This document shows, piece by piece, positions 14,340 to 25,760 of a DNA stretch of 64,000 nucleotides. How positions within the stretch are numbered: position 1 is the stretch's first letter; each line of letters begins with the position of its first letter. A model generated the notes under the pieces. The model saw only the letters and a list, made by a program, of their open reading frames with translations. It ran no database searches and was not told where the DNA came from. Source of the stretch: Carcharhinus amblyrhynchos (Eukaryota); NCBI GenBank assembly GCA_965287045.1, contig OZ336878.1, positions 104,966,001 through 105,030,000 on the forward strand, given 5' to 3'. The position numbers and the translations under genes are program-made.

Positions 14340-14680
14340 GTGTCATGGGCGGTGGTGGCAGGTCAGAATTTCATTGTCTATCCCAGATTGCCCTTATGAA
14401 GTTGATGGTGAGTTTGAATCGCTGCAGCCCATGCCCTTTAGGTTGACCCATACCTTTAAGGAGGACATTCCAGGATTTTGACCAAGAGACTATGAAGGAA
14501 TGATAATATATTTCCAAGTTAGGATGGTGAATGGCTTGGGCGGAGCCGTGCAGGTGGTGGTATTCCTATTTATCTGCTGCCCTTTGCCTTCGAGATGGAA
14601 GTGGTCATTTGTTTGGAAGGCTCTGTCTAATGATCTTTGGTGAATTGCTGCAGTACATCCAGTAGATATTGGATGTTCAA
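14340..14680 (-). mobile_element. L2/Crack-like LINE 3' fragment
   Basis: Reverse complement of the LINE 3' region (RNTTTCT..PPKP.TILTWKYI visible in ORF 14490-14687). Confidence 0.65.
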
Positions 14681-16015
14681 TCTTCAATCTTCCTTAACTG
14701 ACTATCGTATCAGCCTCTTCAATATCTCGGGGTGAAACCCATGTGCATTCCAGACGTTCTGCTGACTAATAAGGACGGTTTCACCAAGACGTAGACAACA
14801 TAATATGATGCGGTGCACCCATACCTTCCTCCTAAGCAAACTGGCCAAGAACACCACCCTGAAACAAGTCGGCTCTGCACCAATCACCAAACAAATATGT
14901 GGCCGTGAACGTAATATCTAGTCGCTATCCAGTTGGTAGATCAGAATCACCCCAGTGGAGCGATATGCATAACAACCAATTGCCGAAGAGCAGGCTATTC
15001 TGCAGATCATCAAACTGCAATCCAATGTTTATCTAACCTGTAAACATACTTTAATTCATCAGAAACACATACACTTGTAGCCTCAAACGACTCATTCGTT
15101 AACAGGAATAAATAGTCTAACTAGCAGGTTACGGAGGCTGACCTACACAGATATGTTAGGCACAATACCCCTTGCAAACTACCAACACGTTACGGAAATG
15201 CACCACACAAATTTCACAATTGTTCACCAGATAGAAACAACTATTTCCCCCTGACACGGCATGCCCTCCTCCAGCCCATTCATTTCCAGTCTTATCTGTG
15301 CACCCTCCAGAACATCTCCCTCGGCTTCCTTTTTCACTTTTCTATCCATACTGCAGCAGTCTAATAGCCATCTACAAAAAATGCCTACAAAAATATCAAC
15401 CTCACCATTAATCCAGCTCAAACATATGTCCACATACAATCCTCTCAAACTATCCCCTAATCTTACCACCCGTGAATTTGACTGTCTCATTGTCTTACGC
15501 ATCTTACCCAAATGTCACCGAGTCCCCCCGACGCTTTGCCTGTGGACCCTCCTAAAAAAAACACCACCATATATCTCAACGGTATTTTTTAACTACACAG
15601 TAACCAAACTCATGCATATATCCATAAAACTATCTCTTCATTTTCTCACTCACCTATTTACACAATTCTCCATTGGTCTACGTAAACCATCAATTTTCGC
15701 CCAAATGATCTCATCCACACACAACTAATCCGTATTAAGATCCTCTACGGAACCCCTTTCGGAGACCAGGTGCACCACACTCACTTACCGAACAACCATT
15801 GATATATCTCATTCAATTTCCCAGCCTCCGACTCAAATGCAGCGAACGATTCGCGTAACAATTCAGCATCATCAACCACTTGCCCAACTGGTGGCTCAAA
15901 CACCTGTGTGCATGTCATTCGCCTATCCATAATCCAATCTGCACACATATAGAACATTCCAGCCACTCATCTGCACGTCTTATATATTTACATAATTTCA
16001 CCTAACTAATCCAAC

Positions 16016-16320
16016 TGGTGGCACAATGATTAGCACCACTGCCTCACAGCGCCAGGGACCCGGATTTGATTCCAGGTTTCGGTCACTGTCTGTGTGGAGT
16101 TTGCACATTCTCGCTGTGTCTGCGTGGGTTTCCTCCAGATGTCCCTGTTCCTTCTACAGTCAAAACATGTGTAAGTTATCTAGATTGGCCATGCTAAAAT
16201 GCACTTCAGTGTTGGGGGCCAGCTACGTCAGTGTTTGTGTTTGTAGCGGTCGGAGCTGCTTGGGATTTTGGTGGGTGCAGACTCAATGGGCCGTATGGCC
16301 TCCATCTATGATTCTATTGT
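16016..16320 (+). mobile_element. Full-length HE1 / V-SINE
   Basis: tRNA head with A/B boxes (ggtggcacaatgattagcac...gatttgattcc), V domain (ctgtgtggagtttgcacattctc...gtgggtttcctcc) and CR1-like tail (tgggccgtatggcctcc...tatgattcta). Confidence 0.9.
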
Positions 16321-17209
16321 ACTCACTAGCATGCCGAATCAGCCCACCCACATGTAATCTTTCTAACCAACATGACCCACGAAAACAACACCCCTCTCAC
16401 TCGCATCATTAAGCCTACCTGTCCATTTACCGATCCCCCTTCATTCCAGCACTCACAATCACCTTTCCATTTGTGTATCTCAACTATTTAACTGCTTACT
16501 AGATCAAACATTTAAAATGAGAAACTAACCAAGTTTCAGGCATAGGTCAATGATCGTCATACCTATGCACTTCAAACCTGATCCAGCTCATCTTTAGATT
16601 TGACAATTTGTCGACACAATGACCCACCTATTCATCACTCCCATTTACCCAGTTTTTAAGTCTTACCCAGCTTTCGAGCTCACCTCCCGTGCTAATGTTT
16701 TAGTTTTTCAGTAATTCGTCGTGTCAATGGTTCAGTGGTCTCATTTGCAAAGCATGAACCCGTTAACAACATTGAACAGTGGAGCTGGCGCAGGCAAAAC
16801 TGACCTGTCCCCCCCCATGCACCAACTCCACACTGCCCATCGATTTTAAGTATGAGGCTCTAGGCTTCCCATTTAAATTTCATGGCTGTTTGACAGATAC
16901 TTGCAGCAATATGAATAGCTTGGAGTTTTTTTTTAAATCTTTGTGGGAGATGCAAATTTGCCGAACTTGTCCGCTGATCAAACCATGCAAGCCTCTGTGT
17001 CTTTCAGAGAAGTTCACTTGTTCCCATACATTGTACTATTTATGTGGGATGATGTTTGGCCAACCGCACGAAATTAATGAATACAATTCCACGAATGCAA
17101 GCATTTCAAACATAACTAACATTTAAGTAGTATAACTGTTAAGTGTCAATTGATTCAAGTTTTTACTGTGATTAATGAAGCCTAGCTGTGAGTCACTTAT
17201 TTTTCCTAC

Positions 17210-17988
17210 CTGAATTCTTCAGTGCCTCTTGCAATTCTGCCAACTCTGAATAACAAACCGACAGCCTTTTTAATTAATTTTATACAAGCGAGATTTTGAT
17301 TCTCTGTTCAAGGCTGATCTGCAAATCAATCGTTTTTTGAAGAAGACTCCCCAAGTTAAGATGGCTTATCACCTAGAACATGTCGGTGAAAACATTTAAG
17401 TTCATAACGTGACAAAAAAATGAGAAAAAAACAGCGTCCTGATTTTTACTGGACACTCATCAAGTTGCGATATTACATCAGTTTGCGTGGAGCGAAAATA
17501 AAATGTGATACAGTCCACTGTTCTGGTGTGACCCTCAACTCAGGGTCCTCGCCGGGCAAATATCAAAATATCAATTAGTGAAACACTTTCGTCAGTAATA
17601 ATTTTTGACTGTGTTGCCATACAAAAGATAGACTTCGCACAATGCATTTTGTATTACAGATATGGAGCCCTATTTGGTAACAAATGGATGGGTGATCGAT
17701 AAGTCACTGTTTCAGCTGTGAAAGTAGAATCAAATCACACCACGATCATTCATCACTGTACTTCTATTAAAGGCCAAATGAGCACTTCAAAGACATGACC
17801 CCAATAACAACGACGAATTTGTAAAATCGCTGTCGTTATTTTAATTTTGTTCCTTAATACATTTGGAGTTCGAAAAGGCCCTCACGATTCCGTGGAAGCC
17901 AGAATGGTAGTTTCGGGTCAACAGCAATATTGTGAACAACTATTATTCTCAGAAATGCCCCAGTCAATCACCGACTTGTGCAAATCAC
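17210..17988 (-). pseudogene. Decayed N-terminal part of the GVIN-like GTPase gene (candidate exon)
   Basis: Acceptor tttatttctacag at 17989 and donor CAG/gtagga at 17209. Contains AFLRIIVVHNIAVDPKLPFWLP (like FLRQ...ALPLLVP) and IF*YLPGED (like IAWY.P.G). Confidence 0.4.
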
Positions 17989-18464
17989 CTGTAGAAATAA
18001 AGTAATTGAACACGCAACGTCCACTAAAATATCATGGTGTTGTGTCAAAATTGCCACGCAGCTGAGTCAAGCGTTAGCATGATGTATTTGTACTAACATA
18101 ATGCCACCAAATATCCTCTGCTCCACCCTCGTCCACCTTACATTTTTTTTAATCCTGTAAAACACTTCATTTAGCTATGATGGTTATCCCCGTGTTCAGA
18201 ATGGGCAGTTGTGTCTCTGGGTTCTCATTTTAGCATGGTAGCTTCTGCTACATTTGCTGTAAAACAGGACAGTTGGGAGATAAAATAATACCCTATCCGC
18301 TGGTCTCCATTTATTTTGCCCTATTGTCGACAAGTAGAACGATTCTTTTTTGCTCGCCTTTTCCACTACATTTCCAAAATGTCGACCTCCATAGCTAATG
18401 GTGTCAGGGATTGTCTCTCCGTTCTTAGTGTTAGTACTCACCATCCACGTTTCTATTTACAGGT

Positions 18465-18585
18465 AACATTCTGTGGAGCCAGCTCTGAAGAAGGGGCATT
18501 CTGTTTCGAACGGTTAACTCGATTCTATCTCCACGGAAGCTCTCAGGCCTGCTTATATTTTCCAGCTTATTATGTTTTGTTTTTC
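18465..18585 (+). mobile_element. Penelope-like 3' terminal fragment
   Basis: tctgaagaagggg...tcgaacggttaactc...ctccacggaagct...cctgc...ttccagc pattern. Confidence 0.55.
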
Positions 18586-18783
18586 TTTCTAACGATGGTG
18601 CATAAAACAATTAGAATCGTATTGAAAATGCATCACTCACAGATTTGACCATTTCATGGGAACATCCTCTATCATTTGCAATTCATTAGCATATCAAATC
18701 TCTGATACTGGCCCGAATGAAATTATGTTGACTGCTCGGCATCGTTATCAATGTCCAAACAAATTGCTGATGTATTATTGTAC

Positions 18784-18810
18784 CTGCGTCTCGTTCGTCA
18801 ATTTCTTCCT
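18784..18810 (-). other. 27-nt phase-1 micro-exon candidate (EEEIDERDA)
   Basis: Long T-rich tract plus ttag, exon AGGAAGAAATTGACGAACGAGACGCAG, donor gtacaa; open in phase 1. Confidence 0.55.
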
Positions 18811-19139
18811 CTAACAGCAAAGGAAAAAAAAGAATAATAAAAAACAAATTTTACAATCAAAATAAAGCAATTATATTTCGTTAAAGAGAGGAAATGTTTT
18901 TTTTTAAGTTGAGGTGGCCTGTCACCTAGGACATACAGGTTCAACATTCAAGCTGATAACGTGCACTTCTCTCATATTGGAAATATAGTCAACGAGTTAT
19001 ATACGCAGCAGGATTCCAAGATGTCAATGAATATTGCTCTAGCATTCATTATTTTCTTAGCTGATCATTAATGTCAATCACATGCTCACAGAACCAAACA
19101 CCACCCCCCCACCCCCACCACCGGCCAATTTTCTTCATT

Positions 19140-22100
19140 CCCCTTGCCCCAAGATATATACCTTACTGCTTCGTCAAAAAAAGTAATAGTTTGGCCTCAA
19201 ATGCTTTATAGTGGTAGCAAATTCCTCAGGTTGACGAAACTCTGTTTGAAGACATTTTCCCGCCCTAAGTGGCCTATAGTGTATGCTCAGACGTGACCTC
19301 CGATTTTGGCCAATCCAACACATTAACGCCTTTTTGGGTCAATCCTGTCTAGACATTTCTAAGTGTTATAGATTGCTAAGTAGTCTCCCTTCATTCTTCT
19401 GAACTCCAGGGAATAACATTCTAACCGACTCAATGTCTCCCCATATTTCATTCTGTCATCTCAAAAAGCAATCGAGTAAATATGCTCTGCAACCTATGTA
19501 GAGCAAGCGCATGCTTCCTCTGATGAGGAAACCATACCTCCGCACAATACTCCAGGTGTGGATTAAGGCATCGAAGCATCCCTGTTTCTGCTTTCGCATC
19601 CTCTCGTGATGAGTGTCAGCATATAAACGTCGCGCCTCCCCAACGATCCCACTGGAATATCGTCACTTTGGCCCGAGCGACGATGGCGTAAGCGACCGGC
19701 CGAGAAGTGGTAATATGAATGTAATTGCACCTCAGTCGCCGTTTGAGTCCAATTACACTCAGACGGTTCGGGAACTGATATGAAGTCCATTTATCTGCGG
19801 AAACATGGTCTACAGTAGGTCAAGTCCAATTAGCTGGAATTCCCTTCTTCTATAACACAGTGAGTCACGCCTTTCTGCAGGTACCATCTGGATGTCATCT
19901 CTATGGGCACCGAGAGATGGTGCTTAAATGACTGGCTGAGGATATTGAGCGGGTGCAAATATGCTCCCTAAGAAAAATGCCACGAGGAGACTGCCAGCAA
20001 TTATAGTGATATTGTCGATTTAATGCGATGCCATTGAGACGTGGCAGAAATTTCTTAGCTGTGGCGATCTTGACTTTCTGAACAACAACGAGTCGTGCCT
20101 GGCGAGAGGCCCACAGAACTTCAAGTAGGCCACGCGCTGACAGACCTGATTATGTACTGGATAGACAACTAGCCGAGAACTACCAAACACAGTCTTGGAA
20201 CTTCAAATCCGTTTTGATATATTAAAAAAAAATGTGACAGATGGTGTATGCTATTTGTTCCGGGAGTAGTCGATGATACACATTCAACCACCGAAAAAAT
20301 ATATATCGTACCCATCAAGCCCCAGGACCAGGAACCTTAGACTTCCAGGATCGGTCAACATAGAAAGTCGATTATTCTAAGACCTGGGCCTGGTGTGAAG
20401 AAACGAATGGGCGTTGGTTTCCCTTCACGTTCATGCAGATCACTATACCGGTGGAAGGCAACAAGGAAAAGGTTTGCGGAGACCAATACATCTTACTTCT
20501 GAGATCAAAGTATACAATGCCTCGAAGTTTCAGGAAGGGTGGGGCTTGGTTAGACGGCGAACAGTACTACACCCGGATTGCGTGAGTAGAGTCACATGTG
20601 CAACTGCAAACATTGTTAGACCTGCTGTATTGTCAATTGTACTGTTGTAGTTTTGCTATTCAAACAACATCCAATATTCGCTTGATGAATTTACGAGTAA
20701 AGGTCTCCAGACAATCGAGCAAAAACTAACCTTACCAGCCTCCGTTTTCAGTGGTGTGACATTCTGCTTGCCTGCAAACCCTGTGGTCGAGGTCGTAGCA
20801 TACTCGAGACCAACGCTCTATTTCTGCAAAAACCTAAGAGTTGTCGTTACCATCCAGTGGACGTCACTCAGATTCAGCTCTGAAGTGCGCGGCATACGTC
20901 GCCGAGCGACGTTAAACTCAAGAAGATATTCGCAAGACTGTCTATCTCAAAAATATAGCGATTCAAATGGCGATCTGCCTTTATATTGTCACCGCGTTGG
21001 ATAACTTTACATGAGCCAAATTATTCTGCATATCATTCATTTGTCTCTACCTGTGAATTGTTCAGATCACATTGAAACTTTTCTGCACCCTTCTCAAGCT
21101 ATCCCCCACACCCACACGCATCCAGCTTTGGGTCGTTCATAAATTTTGTTCTCTCATTTAAAGTACAATTTTATATTGTGAACAGCTGGGGTCAGAGACC
21201 TGTGGCTGCCCAGAAGTCATTTGTTATTTGTTGAAAATAAACCGGTTTGCTCTTCGGCATTGTTTCCTTTCTGCCAACCAGCCTTATATCCATTTGAATA
21301 CATAACTGCCAAACCAAAGAAATTCAATTGTTCACACTAAACTGGGACTTTACAGAACGATGAAATAAACCACACCCATTGCTACTCTAATTGTTGCACG
21401 CTCGACAATTTCCAATAGATTCGTCAAGCACATTGTTCCTTTCATATGTTTATGTCGAATCCTGTCATCTTTTTGCAAATGTTTCGCTGTCAATTATAAA
21501 TGGATTCTAGAATTTTCCCCACAAGCGACGTCAGACTTTCAGGTCTTTAATTGCCTAAATTCTCCGTGTATGCCATTTCTTAATTGGTGTGTTTAAATAG
21601 CGAACTTGCAATCTGTAGGAACTGCTGCATACCCTATGGAATATTGGAAGACGAATAGACGAATGCCAATGCATCCATTATTTCTGGTGCCAAATGATTA
21701 AGGGCCAAGCATGTTGAATACCAGTATTTGCGATCATGCAGCATTTTATCCCAGCAGTTTTCCGAACACCAGTTTCCTACAGGTACTGATCTCCCTCTGT
21801 TCCTCCCGCGCACAAAACGTTGGTTCCCCAAGAGTTTTGGCACTCTATCTGTGTCTCCCGTTTTGAAGACAGAATCAAAGTATGTATCTTGTTTGTCAAT
21901 TATTGATTTGTTCCCCCAATTTCATTTTATCTGTTCTTGATGGAAGGAGCGATTCTTTTTTTATTCTCATTTCATTCGACTTGATTTTATTTTAGTCAGG
22001 TGATGTGTTCCTTATCATTTTATTCTTGTGCTCTGCTCTCCGCTTCTCAATCAATTCCTTTGTTCAACTTTGCTGCAGGCTAAACTGCTCTCAATTATTG

Positions 22101-22520
22101 TTCTTCCATTGTAAATGTGTACGCTTCTCCCTCCGATCTTATAGCATCTCAAATTTCGGTTGGACGCCATGGCTTGGCCATCTCTCCAGTTTACTTTCTG
22201 CACCAGACAGAAATGAACAATCATAGCTGTTCGCATATACACTCTTTGAGTTATTGCCATTGCCGATCCACTGTCATCCCCTATCTCATGTTTCTCAATC
22301 TATCATAACCAACATTCGTTTCATATCATCACAGTTTTGTATAACAAAATTCAGGACACAGATTTCAGAACAACGATGTCACTTCTTCATGCTGGAAAAT
22401 TATGTATTGTTAGGTTCATTCCTCCCCAAGGAGGTCTCACAGAACTGGATTGTCAATTAATCATTCCTCGTAACACAATGCTGATACTAAAATGGCCTTA
22501 TCTCGAGTTGGTCCCTCAGT
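19140..22520 (-). mobile_element. Degraded CR1 LINE, split by a nested insertion at ~19625-20990
   Basis: Reverse-strand CR1 ORF2 remnants on both sides of the insertion (e.g. cacaatactccaggtgtgg = PHLEYC; gtcaagcac..ttcctttcat). Confidence 0.65.
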
Positions 22521-22626
22521 AGATTGGCCCAGAATACATATAAAATGTTTAATTTCTGGAATTAGTTAAATGTATAACGTGCTTCAGATTATGTGTTGAT
22601 TGTTCTGGCTCGTTCTTGTACAATTT

Positions 22627-23272
22627 TGGTTTCGGACAACAAATTTTATGAAATTGGGCACACAAAATGGAAGCAAATTAAACTATCCTCAGAGACCTCC
22701 ACTAAAATCACGAAGTAACAGACACTGATCAGTAGGCAAGAGCATGCTTTTAGAATGCGAATGAGGGCAAGCACATAAGGGAAATTGGACAGGATGATAC
22801 CTACAAGAACAAAATTAAAGAACACATCCCCACCCCATTAAAATCAGCACTTCTAAACCAGTCAAACAACCCATGGAGACATCTAAAATTAACATAGTTA
22901 TGGAAACGTCCCTGGCTCCTCAAACCTCTTTGAGATCAATAACATACCTACGGTTCAAACCCCAGAGATTCTAGACCATTGATAACCAACCAGATAAAAG
23001 CGGTTAACACATACTTAAAACAATTGATCCAACACTCGAAAACATCGAAACAGGATGGTTGAAGTCAAATACTGTAAATAAAGGATTAGCATTTGAAACG
23101 CGAAGTTCAGGTATAACTGTAGCCCGTTGTGGGGGAGTCTTTAGAGCACTTTCAGGACAGTCGGATTGTATGTCCGGGACTGCTTCTCCGTCGACGTAAA
23201 TAAAATAAAGCTTTGCCGTTATTGAACTTCATCCTGAGTCCGTAGTGGTCGTTTCGCCCACTCGCGCTAACA
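22627..23272 (+). mobile_element. Solo LTR of the same family as the provirus at the window end
   Basis: TG...CA termini, 4-bp target-site duplication ATTT (22623-22626 and 23273-23276), TATA-like gtataa ~23112, AATAAA ~23200. Aligns end to end with the reverse complement of 59955-60614. Confidence 0.92.
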
Positions 23273-24139
23273 ATTTCGAAGTAAATGCACGTTGTGGGTT
23301 AGGTTTCAGTAAGTCCGAAAGATGCAGAGTGACTTGCTGTCTCCGATAAGCTATTTACACCCAAATGACTGGCCACTTGGGGATGAGTGGTCTTACAATA
23401 ACATATTATTAAAGGATAAGCCCGTCCAAAATGGAGCCTAAATTGATACATACAAACTTATGTATTGTTCCATTGCACAAATGGAGGGTGGTGACTGAAC
23501 TAATTCACAGAACTGCCGATGAATTTTTAACATAGTAATAAAATAATTCGTGCAGAAGAAATGTTTTCACATAATATGGTACTCGCCGACGTTAAATTTA
23601 CATCCACACATATACATAACTATAAGTGTATAACAAATTGTGAAATATGTCTTCTCTTGCAGTAGTAGGTAACATAAATCACTAAGCCGACTGAGGTCAG
23701 GCGGATTATATTCTAACACCAAGTGGCGGAGAGGATGAACGTTTTCGCGTAAATTCGATCCAGAACCGCCAACTTTGCGAGTTAACTTATGCCATTGGAT
23801 GCATGTCTTCGGCAAAAGAGTTTGCAAATCGAGAACTAGTCTTTCATTATCCTTCCAAACAACATTTTTTTTTCTGTCGAATGTCTTCACCCAAAAATTA
23901 CCACCATTGTTTTGAACTCTCCTTCACATATTCTTCTGCTCTGCTTTACCACGTTTATTTAGGCTTTATATCTGCAGGTCTCTCGGAAAATTAGCAACTC
24001 CCACCCATGCAGTACAAGGTTACTAATAGATAATTATGAGTCACTAAGCTGCTGGGCTCTAGTGAGCACTGGCTTCTCACAAGATTACACACAAGAAACA
24101 TTAAAAGTGTCTTCCACGTATTTGGGTCACAGTATGCAT

Positions 24140-25090
24140 AAAGGAGAATCATTGTGATGGTTGGTGGTTAATGATCAAAGCGTCAGGACACAGCTGTAGG
24201 AGTTACTCACGACGGTATCCGAAGCCAATTCGTCTTCACCTGCTTCACCAATAACGTTTCTTCCATCATAAGTTAAAAAATCACAATTGACTGCAAAATG
24301 TTCAGTAGCATTTGCAAATCCTCACTCAGTGGCTCAATGCAACAAGACATCAACTTTTTACAGGTGAAGGCCGACATGTTACCAGTAACATTCGATACAC
24401 GGAAGTATAAAGCAGTGACCATTTCGGCCAAAAAATAATCAAACCACTCGGTCAAGACCTTGCACATGAAATTTTACTGGACTATTCACATAAATACTGT
24501 GCCAACCACAGCAACTCAGAGGCTATGAGTCATTTGCTGAATAATTTACGCATTCACTTCCCAAATCCCGTCCACGATCCAAATGAAAACGCCAGATTTG
24601 CCATCGAATACTCTTCACATGCATGGGTGAGTGCAACTGGGACACAGCCAAAACACTTATCATCATGCAGGACAAAACAACCCGTTGTTTTGTTACCCGT
24701 TCCGCAATCGTTCGTTCACTCCACCATGGAGAATTGTGGCAGCCATGTGTCACATCTACATAGCTGCACCGCAGGATGTCAACAACTTTCCTTGGTGGTA
24801 CGTTCCAAACCTATGACTGCTATCATCTTGAAGGCCAGGAGTGAAAAATCGTTGCAAAGAGCTACAATAGGATGTTCCCCTCTCAGTCTGTCGCTATATT
24901 GAGTTGGAATTGTATTGCCTTTGCTTCAGAATGGTTGTATTTAAATGCAGCAATTCCATCCACAACTGTATTGTCGGTGTGCTTGCTCCTAAGGTGCCTA
25001 CAAATCATGAGTGCAGCTCACGACGGCAGAAGAATGCATAACATTTATGGGGTAACGAGTGTTGCTCCGGCTACCAATACACACACACCC
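24140..25090 (+). mobile_element. Degraded L2/Crack/CR1-group LINE, RT to 3' end
   Basis: Remnants FTCFTNNVSSII, WTIHINTV and EYSSHAWVSA in the expected order. Confidence 0.65.
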
Positions 25091-25109
25091 CATAAAATAA
25101 ATGATTAAA

Positions 25110-25350
25110 CAGAGGATATAAGAGTAATTCATTGTCTCCTTCGAGCCTGTTCTAGCACTCAACATGAAAACGCACGATTATTTACCTCAACGCCATGTTC
25201 GTCCTCTCTCCTCATAACTCTCGACAGCTCCAGGCACTAGCCATCCTTCTCTCTGTTTCATAAATTCACTGTGTTCACACATGCACAACATTATCTGGTA
25301 GGTAGTTCCACAGATTCACCAACTTAAGAGAAAAATATTGCTTCTCCCCT
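25110..25350 (-). mobile_element. CR1 3' fragment
   Basis: gttccacagattcacc (VNLWN) and a CR1 tail on the reverse strand. Confidence 0.5.
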
Positions 25351-25499
25351 CACTCCTAAATGGCTAATATTTTAGTTAGGAATGTTCCGCAAAGGAAACT
25401 AAGTGCCCAAAATTTAGAAAACGATCGATTTTTCTGCCCGTCTTTTGAACGTACGACGTGCAAGAATCCCTGTGATCCAGAGAGTTCATCAGGGAGATT

Positions 25500-25760
25500 G
25501 ATGCTGGTAAGTTTATTAAGAATGTACTGATGACCATGAAACATTTGGCGATTGTCGAAAAAAATGTTTCACTAATATCACTTAGGAAAGGAAATCTGAA
25601 GTAGTTTCCTGGTCCGGCCTACGTGTGACTTCAGAGCACCAGAAATGTGTTTGATTCTCAAATACCCACCAAGAAATGTGTTTGATTCTGAAATACCCAT
25701 CAACGCCAATGAGGGGAGGAGGTGGCGGGGGGGAGGCAATACGTGTCCTGTGAATGAGTA
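25500..25760 (+). mobile_element. SINE (same family as 4560-4880), 5' truncated, with a small internal duplication
   Basis: ctgatgaccatgaaac...aggaaatctg...ggcctacgtgtgact body; agaaatgtgtttgattct..aataccca occurs twice. Confidence 0.7.

Noticed and set aside
16016-16090. tRNA gene
   Set aside because: The tRNA-like A/B boxes are the head of a SINE; there is no complete cloverleaf.
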